This document shows, one piece after another, positions 37,030 through 46,887 of a stretch of 64,000 bases of DNA. The DNA is taken from positions 96,001-160,000 of the forward strand of contig CALSNU010000004.1 in assembly GCA_943787795.1 (NCBI GenBank), in the 5' to 3' direction. Position 1 is the first letter of the stretch; every line of letters begins with the position of its first letter. Under the pieces are notes generated by a model, which was not told where the DNA came from, searched no databases, and saw only the letters and a program-made list of their open reading frames with translations. Position numbers and translations under genes: made by a program. This stretch comes from an uncultured bacterium. GTDB lineage: Bacteria; Planctomycetota; UBA1135; GCA-002686595.

Positions 37030-38328
37030 ATGAACGGTGCAGACTCCCAGAAGGCTGAGAAGATTCCCGGCCCGGACCCGGCGCCGGACACCCCAACGAG
37101 CGAAGCGAGGGCGGCCGGAACGGACGTCGACGTCCTGGTCATCGGCGGCGGTATCCAGGGTGCTGGCGCCGCCCAGGCCGCTGCCGCAGCCGGCTTCAAG
37201 GTCGCTCTCCTGGAGCGACGTGAGGCGGCGATCGGGACCTCCAGCCGCTCCAGCAAGCTCATCCACGGGGGCCTGCGCTACCTGGAGAGCTACCAGTTCA
37301 GCCTCGTGCGAGAGTCGCTCGCCGAACGCCAGACGCTCCTTCAGATCGCGCCCCACCTGGTCCGCCTGGTCCCCTTCCATGTCCCGGTCTACCGGGACAC
37401 TCGTCGCAGCCCGCTGACGATCCGAGCGGGTCTCAGCCTCTATGCCGCCCTGGGGAACCTGAGGCGCTCAGCCCGCTTCGAAGCGCTGCCTCGCCGCCAG
37501 TGGGACGGGCTCGACGGGCTCCAGACCGACGGCCTGCGGGCCGTCTTCCGATATCAGGATGGCCAGACGGACGACGCGGCTCTCTGCCGGGCGGTGCTGG
37601 CCTCCGCCGTTGACCTTGGCGCCCTCGTGGAGGTCGGGGCGGAGGTCCACCGGATCGAGCGGCCGGACGGGGCGAGCCGGTGGCAGGTCCGCTACGGGAA
37701 CAACGGGGAGGAATCATCCCTCCATGCCCGTGTGGTCATCAACGCGGCGGGCCCCTGGGTCAACCGGGTCGCTGCCCTTGCGACACCAGGACCCCCGATC
37801 CGAGAGATCGACCTCGTCGGAGGCACTCACATCGAGCTCCCAGGGGAGCTCAAGCGTGGCATCTACTACACCGAGGCGCCCTCGGATCAACGGGCCGTGT
37901 TCTCCATCCCCTGGCGCGGGCACGTCATGGTCGGGACGACGGAGACTCCCTTCACCGGGGATCCCGCCACCGTCGCTCCGACGGAGGATGAGATTGACTA
38001 TCTCCTCGCGGTCCATCGCCGCTACTTCCCCGACAGCCTCGGAGAGGTGTCGGCGGCCTGGGCCGGGCTGCGGGTGCTGCCGCGAGCGAGCGGCTCCGCC
38101 TTCAGCCGCCCGCGAGACGTGACGCTCGTGACCGAGTCGCCCGAGCGCCCCAGCTGGGTGAGCGTCTACGGGGGCAAGCTCACCGGGTACAGGCACACAG
38201 CAGAGCGCATCCTCCGCCGCATCACCCCGACCCTTGGGTCGGGCGAGCGTGTCGGTACGGGGCGGCGCATCGCCGACACACGGACCCTGAGGCTCCCGGA
38301 CCTCGAACGCATCAGGGTCTGGGACTGA
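37030..38328 (+). CDS. FAD-dependent glycerol-3-phosphate dehydrogenase/oxidase family (short GlpD-like)
   Basis: VIGGGIQG, GTSSRSSKLIHGGLRYL, NAAGPW, GTTE, WAGLR and GGKLTGYR motifs. Confidence 0.9.
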   Translation: MNGADSQKAEKIPGPDPAPDTPTSEARAAGTDVDVLVIGGGIQGAGAAQAAAAAGFKVALLERREAAIGTSSRSSKLIHGGLRYLESYQFSLVRESLAERQTLLQIAPHLVRLVPFHVPVYRDTRRSPLTIRAGLSLYAALGNLRRSARFEALPRRQWDGLDGLQTDGLRAVFRYQDGQTDDAALCRAVLASAVDLGALVEVGAEVHRIERPDGASRWQVRYGNNGEESSLHARVVINAAGPWVNRVAALATPGPPIREIDLVGGTHIELPGELKRGIYYTEAPSDQRAVFSIPWRGHVMVGTTETPFTGDPATVAPTEDEIDYLLAVHRRYFPDSLGEVSAAWAGLRVLPRASGSAFSRPRDVTLVTESPERPSWVSVYGGKLTGYRHTAERILRRITPTLGSGERVGTGRRIADTRTLRLPDLERIRVWD

Positions 38329-38339
38329 CCGGCCGCAGT

Positions 38340-38390
38340 CTCCGTCCACGCCTCCGTCCGCGCCTCCGTCCGCGCCTCCGTCCGCGCCCA
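38340..38390. repeat. Intergenic 12-bp tandem repeat x4
   Basis: CTCCGTCC at 38340, 38352, 38364 and 38376. Confidence 0.85.
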
Positions 38391-38520
38391 CACCTCCGCA
38401 GGCCACCCGACTCGCGCGGCCTCGGAGCAACGAGCCAGCCGCCCGGTGAACCGACGCACGGCGCGCACCGTTCGGCCCCGCTGGAGCCCGACGGACAAGC
38501 ACCGCAACACCGCTCCAAGA

Positions 38521-38568
38521 CCCACCCTCAGGGGCCCGCCCTCAGCGGCCCGCCCTCAGGGGCCCACC
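38521..38568. repeat. Intergenic 14-bp tandem repeat x3
   Basis: CCCTCAG at 38525, 38539 and 38553. Confidence 0.85.
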
Positions 38569-38664
38569 CGCCCGGACGCTGCCCTATCGGGCAGCCCAGG
38601 CGATTGAGCAGATCAGGCCTTCGAGTCGATCAGCGGCTGCGGACCAGGTCTCGACCGGGGTCGA

Positions 38665-38949
38665 TCAGACCTCGGCGGCGCGAAGGGTCACGTCGCAGTT
38701 GACCACCATCTGGCAGCCAAGGCGCGCGCCCTCTTCGTCCGTGGCCATCTCCACAGTCTCGGCCTCCTCATCCCCCACCGGGGCGAGACCCTCCCCGCCC
38801 TCCGTGACCACCAGGGCACAGGTGCCGCAGCTGCCGACGGTGCAACCGAAGTCGTGCGGGAGGTCGTTCTCCTGGCAGAAATCGAGGAAGCGAGTCCCGT
38901 CGGGGACCTCGTGGGACTCACCGGTGGAGGCGAATGTGATCTTGGGCAT
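38665..38949 (-). CDS. 2Fe-2S ferredoxin
   Basis: FGCTVGSCGTC ... RLGCQ cysteine pattern in a 94-aa acidic protein. Confidence 0.92.
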   Translation of the reverse strand: MPKITFASTGESHEVPDGTRFLDFCQENDLPHDFGCTVGSCGTCALVVTEGGEGLAPVGDEEAETVEMATDEEGARLGCQMVVNCDVTLRAAEV

Positions 38950-39090
38950 CGATTGAGTTCCCGGGTGGAGCGCCGCCGACATTGACGACGCGATTCAAAA
39001 TCAGGAAGGCCGACCGGCTGACGCGTCGGCGGGGGACATGATGAGACCCCAGGGCTGCCAAGAGAACCCGGCGGCCCGCGAATTCATCCG

Positions 39091-39825
39091 ATGCTGCTCT
39101 CTCCCCCTCCCCCGCCCGCGGACTTCGCCGGCGAGCCCGAGCGCCCGCCGCGGCCCTCGCTCGGGACCGGCGCGCAGCTCTGGCTGGTCCGGCACGGTCG
39201 GGTGACCGCGCCGGATACCGCCTATGGCGACGCCGATGTCCCCCTCTCCGAGGAGGGCCTCCATCAGACCGAAGCGGTGGCGGGGTCCCTCGCGCCACAG
39301 CGCCCACGCGGCGTCCTGTCCTCGCCCCTCCAGCGAGCCCGGCGGCTGGGCGAGGCTGTGGCCCGCGCCTCCTCCGCGCCGCTCCAGATCACCGACCGAC
39401 TGAAGGAGCTCCACCGCGGTCAGTGGCAAGGGGTGGCTCGAACCGAGTACGCGGACCGATGGGCCAGGGAGCGGGACGCCTACTGGAGCGCCCCGTTGAC
39501 CTGGCGTGGCCACGGGGGCGAGTCCGAGGAGCAGCTGGTCACGAGGGCCTGGCCAGCCCTCATCGAGGCAGCGCAGATGGCCGCGGGCGCCGTGGCCGTG
39601 GTCACCGCTCACCGCCAGGTCATCCGCGCTCTGACGGCCGCTGCCATTGGCATCAGCCCCGGCGCGAGCCACAGGATGGACCTCGAGCCAGCCCACGGGA
39701 TCCTGCTCCGGGACGCCGTCGGCGGGTGGATCCTGGAGCGGACGAACGCGCCCTCTCCCGGCGCGCCCCACGCCGCCGAGCCCCTCGATGGCCCGCCCGA
39801 GGACGTGGTCACGCAGCTGCGCTGA
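39091..39825 (+). CDS. Histidine phosphatase family protein (phosphoglycerate mutase/CobC-like)
   Basis: LVRHG, DVPLSEEG, SSPLQRA, LKELHRGQWQG, GGES and VTAH motifs. Confidence 0.9.
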   Translation: MLLSPPPPPADFAGEPERPPRPSLGTGAQLWLVRHGRVTAPDTAYGDADVPLSEEGLHQTEAVAGSLAPQRPRGVLSSPLQRARRLGEAVARASSAPLQITDRLKELHRGQWQGVARTEYADRWARERDAYWSAPLTWRGHGGESEEQLVTRAWPALIEAAQMAAGAVAVVTAHRQVIRALTAAAIGISPGASHRMDLEPAHGILLRDAVGGWILERTNAPSPGAPHAAEPLDGPPEDVVTQLR

Positions 39826-40018
39826 TCGGCGACTCCTCGGCGATGGCCCGCAGCGCAGCCCGGGCTCCAACGCCAGCCAGGGCCCCCGCAGCTTGCCGCC
39901 CGGCGCTCTGCCGCGCGGAAGGAGCTCCGTCGCGCGCCGGACGCGTTCGGGTTCCGGCTCTGGATCCGGGGTCCGGGGTCCGTGCTCAGGTCGGGGTGCG
40001 TGATCGGAAGCCAGGCGG

Positions 40019-41749
40019 TCAGTCGCTGACTGGACCGTCCGAATCCCGGGGCTCCTCAAGGCCCTGCATGAGGCGCAGCTCCTGGATCCGCTCGCCGTTG
40101 TCCACTCCGATGCCGAAGTGAAGCGCTCGGCGCTCCAGCTCGATCAGCTCCTCCCACCTTGTCCAGAGGTCGTCAACTTCCCCCGTCTTGTCCTCGAATT
40201 CAGGGACGCCGGACCAGGATCGGCGCGCGGCCACCGCTGCGAGCTCAGGGTGGTAGGCCACCGTCCTCGAGGTCGCCTCGACCAAACCGAAGCCTGGCAC
40301 CAGCGACGGGCGAACCGGGAGACGCCGCCGCACAGGCGCGCGGTCGCCCTCGAGCAGCGGACGGAGAGACGTGCCGAGGAGCGGCCGGTCCACCCCGACC
40401 CCCAGGAGGTCGACCAGCGTCGGTGCGACGTCGATGGACCCCACCAACGCGTCGATCCGCGGGACCGGCGGCGCGCCTTCGGCTCCCCAGCCGAGAGCCT
40501 CCCGGAAGGCCTGGGACGGTCGAATGAGGAGGGGGACGTGGAGGTCGGCATCCTCCGCAAGCCCGGCGCGAAGGTAGACGCCGTGCTCGCCCATCGAGGT
40601 CCCGAAGCTCCCCATCAGGATCACCGTCAGGTTGTGCTTGCGACCGAAGTCCTCCACGGACGAGAGGATCCTCGCCACGCTGGCGTCCACCGCACGGATC
40701 GCCCGGTCGTAGCGCAGCTCATACTCCGCCAAGGTCACCGATTGCCCGCGGCTCGCGCGCGACGGCGGCAGGGTATGGAAGGCCCGCTCGGCCAGGCCAA
40801 GCGGCGGGACAAACGCGAGCTCGGGGCGCCCGCGCCACTCCGCCACAGCCTCGTCGACGCCTCGAAGCCGCGACTTCTTGCTCTGGGATGTCCAGGCTCG
40901 CTCGAGGTCATGCATCTGGAGGTAGGCGAACCAGTCCTCGTCGAGCTCACGCTCGTTGACCCATTGAATGAAGCGGCGCCCCACGCCTACCGCGCCCTCC
41001 TGGCGCACCTGATCGCCTGGCTCACCGCGGTGCTCGACGAAGTCACGGAAGCCGCGGTCGAAGCCGCGCAGCTCCGCAATCATCGGGTGGTCCACGAAGG
41101 CGGCGGTGCTCCAACCTTGCCCCAGGAAGTGGCGCCCGAGGAGGTTGAGGTCGGCGGGCAAGAACCAGCGGGTCTCCTGCTCCGAACCAATGTCACGGGC
41201 TGGGAAGTCGGCCCCCCCGAGCGGCGGAGGGATCGCGATGCCCGGATCGTCCCCCGAGAGGATCGCGACGTGTGAGCCGACAAGCGTGGGCGTCACGCCC
41301 CATGCGTTCTCGAAGACCACGCTCTCCTGCGCGAAACGGTTGATCGCTGGCGTGGTATTCCGGTCGTAGCCGGCGAGGGAGGTGTGGTCCCAGCGAAGGC
41401 CATCGATGGCGATCACCAGGACGCCCTGCCCCGTGACCTCGACCTCACCAGACCGGACGCGCTCGAGGGAATTCACGTCGTCGGCACACGATGAGAGACC
41501 CACGACCGTCGCGATCGCCGCCAGCGCTGCCCGGCCGACCCGGTGCCCGCCGGGCTGCGCACACTGTTGGCCACATCGCTGGCCACTTAGCTGGCCACGC
41601 TTCCGGAGGCCCGGCTGCCGAATCAGCTGGTGAATCCGCTGGGAAAACAGCTGGCGGGTCATTGTGGCGAAGACGCTCATGGGCAAGGTGCGCAGAGCGA
41701 AGCCCGTGCGCGCCCCGCGAGAGTATCGGAGGCGCCGGGGCTCCGTCAC
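40019..41749 (-). CDS. Sulfatase/alkaline-phosphatase-fold protein, probable lipoprotein, degenerate active site
   Basis: VLVIAIDGLRWDH, TTPAI..FA, GFDRGF, YDRAIRAVD, LHVPLLI and IDVAPTL motifs. Lipobox-like LSSC. Start uncertain; GTG at 41749 overlaps the upstream stop. Confidence 0.8.
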   Translation of the reverse strand: MTEPRRLRYSRGARTGFALRTLPMSVFATMTRQLFSQRIHQLIRQPGLRKRGQLSGQRCGQQCAQPGGHRVGRAALAAIATVVGLSSCADDVNSLERVRSGEVEVTGQGVLVIAIDGLRWDHTSLAGYDRNTTPAINRFAQESVVFENAWGVTPTLVGSHVAILSGDDPGIAIPPPLGGADFPARDIGSEQETRWFLPADLNLLGRHFLGQGWSTAAFVDHPMIAELRGFDRGFRDFVEHRGEPGDQVRQEGAVGVGRRFIQWVNERELDEDWFAYLQMHDLERAWTSQSKKSRLRGVDEAVAEWRGRPELAFVPPLGLAERAFHTLPPSRASRGQSVTLAEYELRYDRAIRAVDASVARILSSVEDFGRKHNLTVILMGSFGTSMGEHGVYLRAGLAEDADLHVPLLIRPSQAFREALGWGAEGAPPVPRIDALVGSIDVAPTLVDLLGVGVDRPLLGTSLRPLLEGDRAPVRRRLPVRPSLVPGFGLVEATSRTVAYHPELAAVAARRSWSGVPEFEDKTGEVDDLWTRWEELIELERRALHFGIGVDNGERIQELRLMQGLEEPRDSDGPVSD

Positions 41750-42705
41750 AAGCGAAGCTCGAAGAGGGCCTCAGAGGGGACCCAGCGGGCCTCGCCGCCA
41801 ACCCGGACCTTGGTCCAGCCCGGGAGCTCGTCGAGATAGCTGACCACCTCGCCCGCCGGAAGGGAGCCCACCCGCTCGGCACCGGCCTCGGGAGCCGCTC
41901 GGAGCTGGACACCCGAGGGATCGATGACCATGAATGGTTCCGAGCCACGCTCTGACAGGTGGAGCGCCAACGGAGCAAAGAAGACCGGCTGTGAAACAGC
42001 CACCAGCACCAGCCATCGACGCGCCCAGCGGCCACCCCGCAGGGCCTCCAGCAGCCCAGCGCCCGCGAAGAGGAGGGCCCCGAGGAGCGCCAGCCATTCC
42101 GACTCCCCGGGGGTCAAGGCCCCCGCTGCGGCCTCCAGTGACTCCAGCAGCCCATCCCCTGTTCGCGGTCCGAGCCCAGCCTCGGCCCGGGCGAGGTCCA
42201 GGTTGTAGCGGGCATCTCCCAGGCCCGGAGCGGCTCTCAGGGCCGCCTCGAACCAGGCGACAGAGCGCATGGCCTCCCCCCTCGCAGCCTCGCTCACGCC
42301 CAGGTTGTAGGCCAGGCGCGCGCGCTCCTTGAGCGGAGCCCCCGCTGCTCCGGCCTCGTCGAGCGCGGCCATCCACGCAGCCACGGCGCCGTCACGGTCG
42401 CCGGCGCGCCAAAGAGCGCTACCTCGATCGGCCCCGGCCTCCGCACGCACATCCGGACCCGGGACCGCCTCCTCCAGGCCCTGCGACGCCCCCGCAGGCG
42501 CGGCGACGAGCGCACGCCCTGAGCCCGCGGCTGAGCCTGCACCTGGGGCCACAGCTGGGGCCACAGCTGGGGCCCCAGCAGGAGCCACAGCAGGAGCCAC
42601 AGCCGGGGCCGCAGCCGGGGCCGCCGCCAGGCCGCTCGAGAGCAGCCAGCACCCCACGATCCAGCCCACCGCCGCGGCGGCTCTTCCTGCCACATTCCCT
42701 CCCAT
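41746..42705 (-). CDS. BatE-like TPR plus SH3 protein
   Basis: TPR (LAYNLG..A..WFEAALRAAPG..DARYNL), two TM segments and a C-terminal SH3b-like domain (LRAAP..LPAGEVV..GWTKV..WVP). Confidence 0.8.
   Translation of the reverse strand: MGGNVAGRAAAAVGWIVGCWLLSSGLAAAPAAAPAVAPAVAPAGAPAVAPAVAPGAGSAAGSGRALVAAPAGASQGLEEAVPGPDVRAEAGADRGSALWRAGDRDGAVAAWMAALDEAGAAGAPLKERARLAYNLGVSEAARGEAMRSVAWFEAALRAAPGLGDARYNLDLARAEAGLGPRTGDGLLESLEAAAGALTPGESEWLALLGALLFAGAGLLEALRGGRWARRWLVLVAVSQPVFFAPLALHLSERGSEPFMVIDPSGVQLRAAPEAGAERVGSLPAGEVVSYLDELPGWTKVRVGGEARWVPSEALFELRL
42543..42625. repeat. In-frame 12-bp tandem repeat (APAV/APAA)n
   Basis: GGGGCCACAGCT-like units repeated about seven times. Confidence 0.8.
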
Positions 42706-44450
42706 CAGAGTCCCTCCTTCACAGCCACCTGCGCAAAGTCGAGGACGCTGGTCGGCTGGGCCGGGGCCTCCCCCTCGCCGCCGAAGAGCGCCCTGTCCAG
42801 GTCTCGCCTGAGCGCCTCGAAGCGCTGCTCCAGCTCAGCCGAGACCTCGGTGGCTCCCGCGCCGGTGAGGCTCGACCGACCGATCCAGAACTCCGGCGGG
42901 CGACCGCTTCGACGGGAGAGGAAGCGGTCGAGGGACGCGGAGACCTCCTGCGGAGATCGGGCCCCTTGTAGCTCGCGTCGAAGGAGGCCGAGGGCACCGC
43001 GGCGCTGCCGCGCACGGATTCCCGCGGGGTCACCGCGGCGGCGCACCGCCGAGCGGAGCGCCGCCCAACCGAGCACCGCCGCGGCGAGGGCGCCCAGGCC
43101 CAGGAGGCCGCCGGGCCCCGCCCCGTCGCGACCGGTCGCCGGACGTGAGAGGATGTCTCGCATCACCAGGGGGGCCTCTGCCTCGACCGCAGGGCCGAAG
43201 GGGTCCTCGCCAGCACCAGCGGTGGGCGTGACCCTGATTTCCAGGGGCTCGGTCGAGATCGCGGCGAAGCGGCCGGACCCGGTATCAAAGACCGAGAGCG
43301 GAACCCCCGGGACCTCGTCCACAGCGGCGTCGAGCGGGACCAGGTCGTAGGTGACCACGCGCTCGTCCGGGGACTTTCGATCCTCCACCCCGAGCACCCT
43401 GAACTGATCGAACGCCCGCAACCGCGACAGGTCGGGCGGGTCGAAGAACTCCAGGTTGCCCTCCCCGAACCAGCGCACCTCGAGCTCGATCGCGTCGCCG
43501 AGGTCGATGTCACGGCGAGGCACGCTGCGCGCCGCCTCGATCTCGCCCACCGCCCCGCTCCACTCCAGGGGCCGCCCCTCCTCTGGCACTGGAAGCACCT
43601 CGATCTTGAAGGGCTCAACGGGGGCATAGTAGTCCCGGGAGGCCCCACGAGAGAAGACCCCCCCACGCCCCACGAGCTCGGAGAACTTGAACAGCGACCG
43701 TCCGAACTCGACGGTTCCGGGCCGGGTGGCCACGAAGCGTCGGCGGAGCCGGTACACGTCGAAGCGCCGACCTTCACGCTCCACCGGAGGGAGCTTCTCG
43801 ATGGCCGCTGCGCGGCGGCCAGGGCGGATCGGAATCTCATAGGTTCCGGTCTGGGAGACCTCCGACGTGACCTCGATCACCCCCTCCTGGCGCTCCCACC
43901 AGGGGAGCTGCAGCTCGGCATCCGCGAGCTTGCGCGTCACGTCCCACCCGAAGCGCAGCTCCAGGGTGTAGGGCTGCCCCTCATAGACCTGGCCAGGCAC
44001 TTCGGCTCGCTCGAAGAGCAGCAGTTGGCTCGCCTCGATGTCCTTCACGACCTCGAGGGTCATGGCTTGATCGGGCGCCTGAACCGATTGGCCGTCCAGC
44101 TCGATCGCCAGCGGCGGGATCGAGTACTTACCCACGCTGGTGGGCTGGACACGCACCTCGAAGGTGGTCCGCTGCTCCACCACCGGCCGGCCCCGCGCGT
44201 CGTAGCTCACGGACTGCTGCCGCCCGGAGCGCGTGACCTTCGAGAAGCTCAACCCGCTCACGGTGGGGAGCGGTCCGAACCGCACCCGCCGATCGCCCTC
44301 CACGCGGATCACGATCCCGACGGGCTCCCCGAGCTTGACCAGGGCGCTGGAGAGGGAGACCTGCAGGCCCTCCGAAGGGGTCTGCGTTGCACGCGAAGGC
44401 GCCATCAGTGCCGCTGCCAGCGAGAGAATCAGGATCCAACGCATCATCAC
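42705..44450 (-). CDS. BatD-family protein
   Basis: Signal peptide and repeated Ig-like beta domains (GKYSIPPL, WSGAVG, GEGNL, FDTGSGRF). C-terminal TM. Position in the cluster fits. Confidence 0.85.
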   Translation of the reverse strand: MMMRWILILSLAAALMAPSRATQTPSEGLQVSLSSALVKLGEPVGIVIRVEGDRRVRFGPLPTVSGLSFSKVTRSGRQQSVSYDARGRPVVEQRTTFEVRVQPTSVGKYSIPPLAIELDGQSVQAPDQAMTLEVVKDIEASQLLLFERAEVPGQVYEGQPYTLELRFGWDVTRKLADAELQLPWWERQEGVIEVTSEVSQTGTYEIPIRPGRRAAAIEKLPPVEREGRRFDVYRLRRRFVATRPGTVEFGRSLFKFSELVGRGGVFSRGASRDYYAPVEPFKIEVLPVPEEGRPLEWSGAVGEIEAARSVPRRDIDLGDAIELEVRWFGEGNLEFFDPPDLSRLRAFDQFRVLGVEDRKSPDERVVTYDLVPLDAAVDEVPGVPLSVFDTGSGRFAAISTEPLEIRVTPTAGAGEDPFGPAVEAEAPLVMRDILSRPATGRDGAGPGGLLGLGALAAAVLGWAALRSAVRRRGDPAGIRARQRRGALGLLRRELQGARSPQEVSASLDRFLSRRSGRPPEFWIGRSSLTGAGATEVSAELEQRFEALRRDLDRALFGGEGEAPAQPTSVLDFAQVAVKEGL

Positions 44451-45754
44451 CAGTCCCTCCTTGCGGGCACCTTGCGCCCCAGCCGCAGAATGCGCCGGAG
44501 TTCCTCGCCATTCTCCTGGTACTTGCGATTGCGATCGAGGATCCGGCTGCGCTCTTCGGCCGTCATGAGCCGCTCCTCCTCGGGCTCGCCCTCAGGGTCC
44601 GCCCCCTCATCCTCTTCTTCGTCCGGCGACTCGTCCGCGGAGCCTTCCTCTGAATCTTCCTCGGAGTCGTCCTCAGGCTGATCCTCCGGCTCCTGCCCGT
44701 CCTCCTCGGCCTGGTCCTCGGAAGGCTGCTCACTCTCGGACTCCTGGTCCCCCTGCTGCTCCTGGTCCTCTGAATCGGAAGGGTCCTGTTCCTGATCCTC
44801 TGAGTCTTGATCCTCTGAGTTCTCGTTCTCCTGGGACTCCTCCGAGGGGTCACCCTCGTCCTGGGGGTCCTGCTGCTCTTGCTGCTCCTCGCGCTGCCGT
44901 TCGATCTCGTCCAGCTCACGGAGTCGGCGGAGGACGAGCTCGGCGTTCGCCCGGGCGTCTTCGCCAGCGCCCATGCGGAGCCGCTCCACGAAGCCCTCGC
45001 GAGACGCGAGGTAGGCGGCCCTGGCCAGGTCCAACGGGTCCCGGTCGTCCTTGCCGCCTGCGGCGTCCTTGTCGGACGCCGGGGGGGGCGGCGGGCCGCC
45101 GGAGATCTCGGGCAGGGTCTGCCGGATGGCCTCGGCCGTCAGCAGGTCGAGGGTGCCCAGGTCGTAGACGGCGTCGAGGCTTGCACCGCCGCCGGACGCG
45201 CGCGCCCGCTCGAAGGCTGCCACGGCTCGGTCCATGCGTCCCGCAGCATCGTCTGGGCCGCCGTCTGGGCCGCCGTCTGGGCCGCCGCCTGGACCGCCGT
45301 CTGGACCGCCGTCCGGGCCGCCGCCTGACCCCGGCCCTGTGGCGCCCGTTCCCCCAGCGGACTGCGCCGCCGAACCGAGGAGAGCCACGGCGCGCGCGAA
45401 CTGGATCTCACCCCGCTCGGGCGAGGTCAGCACGGGGAGCCCGAGCCCCGAGAGGCTACGGTCAAGGGGAGCCAGGAGGTCCTCCGAGGCGCCAGCGGTG
45501 ATCTCGGCCGCCCGGGCCCGCAGGGCCGCGAGGGCGCCGGCGCGGTCCATTCGATCTGCGACCAAGAGGGCCTCGTCGAACTGTCCCTCGGCCGCGAGAT
45601 CTTCCATGGCGGCGAGCCCCTCCGCGAGGGTCCCACGCCAGGGCTCCAGGTCGGAATCTGCACCGCCCGGGCAGCCCACCAGGGGCAGCGTGCAGGCCAA
45701 CATGAGCGTCGCGCCGAAGGGCGCTCGACCGGTAGTTTGCTGACGGTTCTTCAT
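44447..45754 (-). CDS. BatC-like lipoprotein with helical repeats and long acidic Q/E/D linker
   Basis: Lipobox LVGC, AVYDLG and DARANAEL. The acidic tract is followed by MTAEE..RIL..RDW-stop, typical of BatC C-termini. Confidence 0.75.
   Translation of the reverse strand: MKNRQQTTGRAPFGATLMLACTLPLVGCPGGADSDLEPWRGTLAEGLAAMEDLAAEGQFDEALLVADRMDRAGALAALRARAAEITAGASEDLLAPLDRSLSGLGLPVLTSPERGEIQFARAVALLGSAAQSAGGTGATGPGSGGGPDGGPDGGPGGGPDGGPDGGPDDAAGRMDRAVAAFERARASGGGASLDAVYDLGTLDLLTAEAIRQTLPEISGGPPPPPASDKDAAGGKDDRDPLDLARAAYLASREGFVERLRMGAGEDARANAELVLRRLRELDEIERQREEQQEQQDPQDEGDPSEESQENENSEDQDSEDQEQDPSDSEDQEQQGDQESESEQPSEDQAEEDGQEPEDQPEDDSEEDSEEGSADESPDEEEDEGADPEGEPEEERLMTAEERSRILDRNRKYQENGEELRRILRLGRKVPARRDW
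45250..45327. repeat. In-frame 12-bp tandem repeat (GGPD)x6
   Basis: GTCTGGGCCGCC units. Confidence 0.85.
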
Positions 45755-46887
45755 GACTGTTCTTCCCCGGCTGGACCGGTCTGCGGCGCGGGGGCACCGC
45801 CGGACGAGGCGCTCTCGGCCGGACCTCTCTTCGACAGGCCCGCGGCGCGGCCGCGCCGCGCGTCCAGCGCCGCGCCCTCCAGAACGAGGAGCGCCAGCCC
45901 GAGGACCAGAGGCCACTGGTAGCGGTCACGAGGGACCCGCTCCTTGCCATCGACGATATCCCGGCCTTCCATGGTGGCGATGGCCCGGCGGTGCAGCTCC
46001 TCCAGGGGCAGCACCCTCCCTCGCGCCTCGAGGTAGATGCCGCCAGTGGCATCTGCGATCGCCCGCAGGGACTCGGACCGAAGCTGTGAGACCACCTCAC
46101 CCCCTCCGGTGGTCGCGTCAGGATCCACCACGAAGCCGCCCTCGCCATCGGGGACCTTGCCCCCGCCGGCGGTCCCCATGCCGAGCACGTGCACGCGCAC
46201 TCCGCGGTCCCGCGCGACCTCGGCCGCCGCCAACCCCTCACCCGTGAGGTCCTCCCCGTCCGTCACCAGGATGATGGCCTCGCTCGACCCGCTCTCGCCG
46301 TCGAAGCGCTCGAGCGCGAGCTTGAGCGCGGCTCCCAGGTCCGTGCCACCGCGCCGGTTGTCCTCGGGGGAGAGCCCATCGAGGAAGTAGCGCACCGTGT
46401 TCAGATCGGCGGTTAGCGGCGCGACGTCGCGCGCGCTCCCCGCGAAGGCGACCAGGGAGACGCGCTCCCCGGTCATGGCGTCGAGCAGCGCCCCGATCTC
46501 GACCTTCGCACGCTCGAGGCGACTGGGCTCCACGTCCTCGACCAGCATCGAGCGCGAGGTGTCGAGGGCCACGACCACGTCGATCCGTCGCTGCTCCACG
46601 GGGACCAGCGCGAACCCTCGGGTCGGACCCATCCAGGCGAGGCCCACGAGCGCCATCCCCGTCGCCACGAGGCCCGCCCGGGACCATGCTCGGCGGCGGA
46701 TCCACCCCAGCGCGTCGTCCCCCGCCCCGACGAGGCCGGGGAAGACCCGGCGCAGGTGCCGGGGCTCGGCCACGAGGCGCAGCGCGCGGATCCGGCCCGG
46801 CAACTCCCAGAGGCAGAGCGCCAGCGGGACGAGCCCCGCTGCCAGCACCGCGGCGAGCTCAGGGCGCAGGATCTCGAAGCCCATCAC
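45751..46887 (-). CDS. BatB-like vWA domain membrane protein
   Basis: MIDAS DTSRSM, PSRLERAK, PLTAD, GTDLGAAL and VTDGED motifs. N- and C-terminal TMs. Confidence 0.9.
   Translation of the reverse strand: MMGFEILRPELAAVLAAGLVPLALCLWELPGRIRALRLVAEPRHLRRVFPGLVGAGDDALGWIRRRAWSRAGLVATGMALVGLAWMGPTRGFALVPVEQRRIDVVVALDTSRSMLVEDVEPSRLERAKVEIGALLDAMTGERVSLVAFAGSARDVAPLTADLNTVRYFLDGLSPEDNRRGGTDLGAALKLALERFDGESGSSEAIILVTDGEDLTGEGLAAAEVARDRGVRVHVLGMGTAGGGKVPDGEGGFVVDPDATTGGGEVVSQLRSESLRAIADATGGIYLEARGRVLPLEELHRRAIATMEGRDIVDGKERVPRDRYQWPLVLGLALLVLEGAALDARRGRAAGLSKRGPAESASSGGAPAPQTGPAGEEQS

Noticed and set aside
38981..39001. TTGA-N9-TCAA dyad between divergent ferredoxin and phosphatase genes as a regulator site
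   Set aside because: Only a 4-bp arm and a single instance. It may simply be a -35 element, so it cannot be supported.
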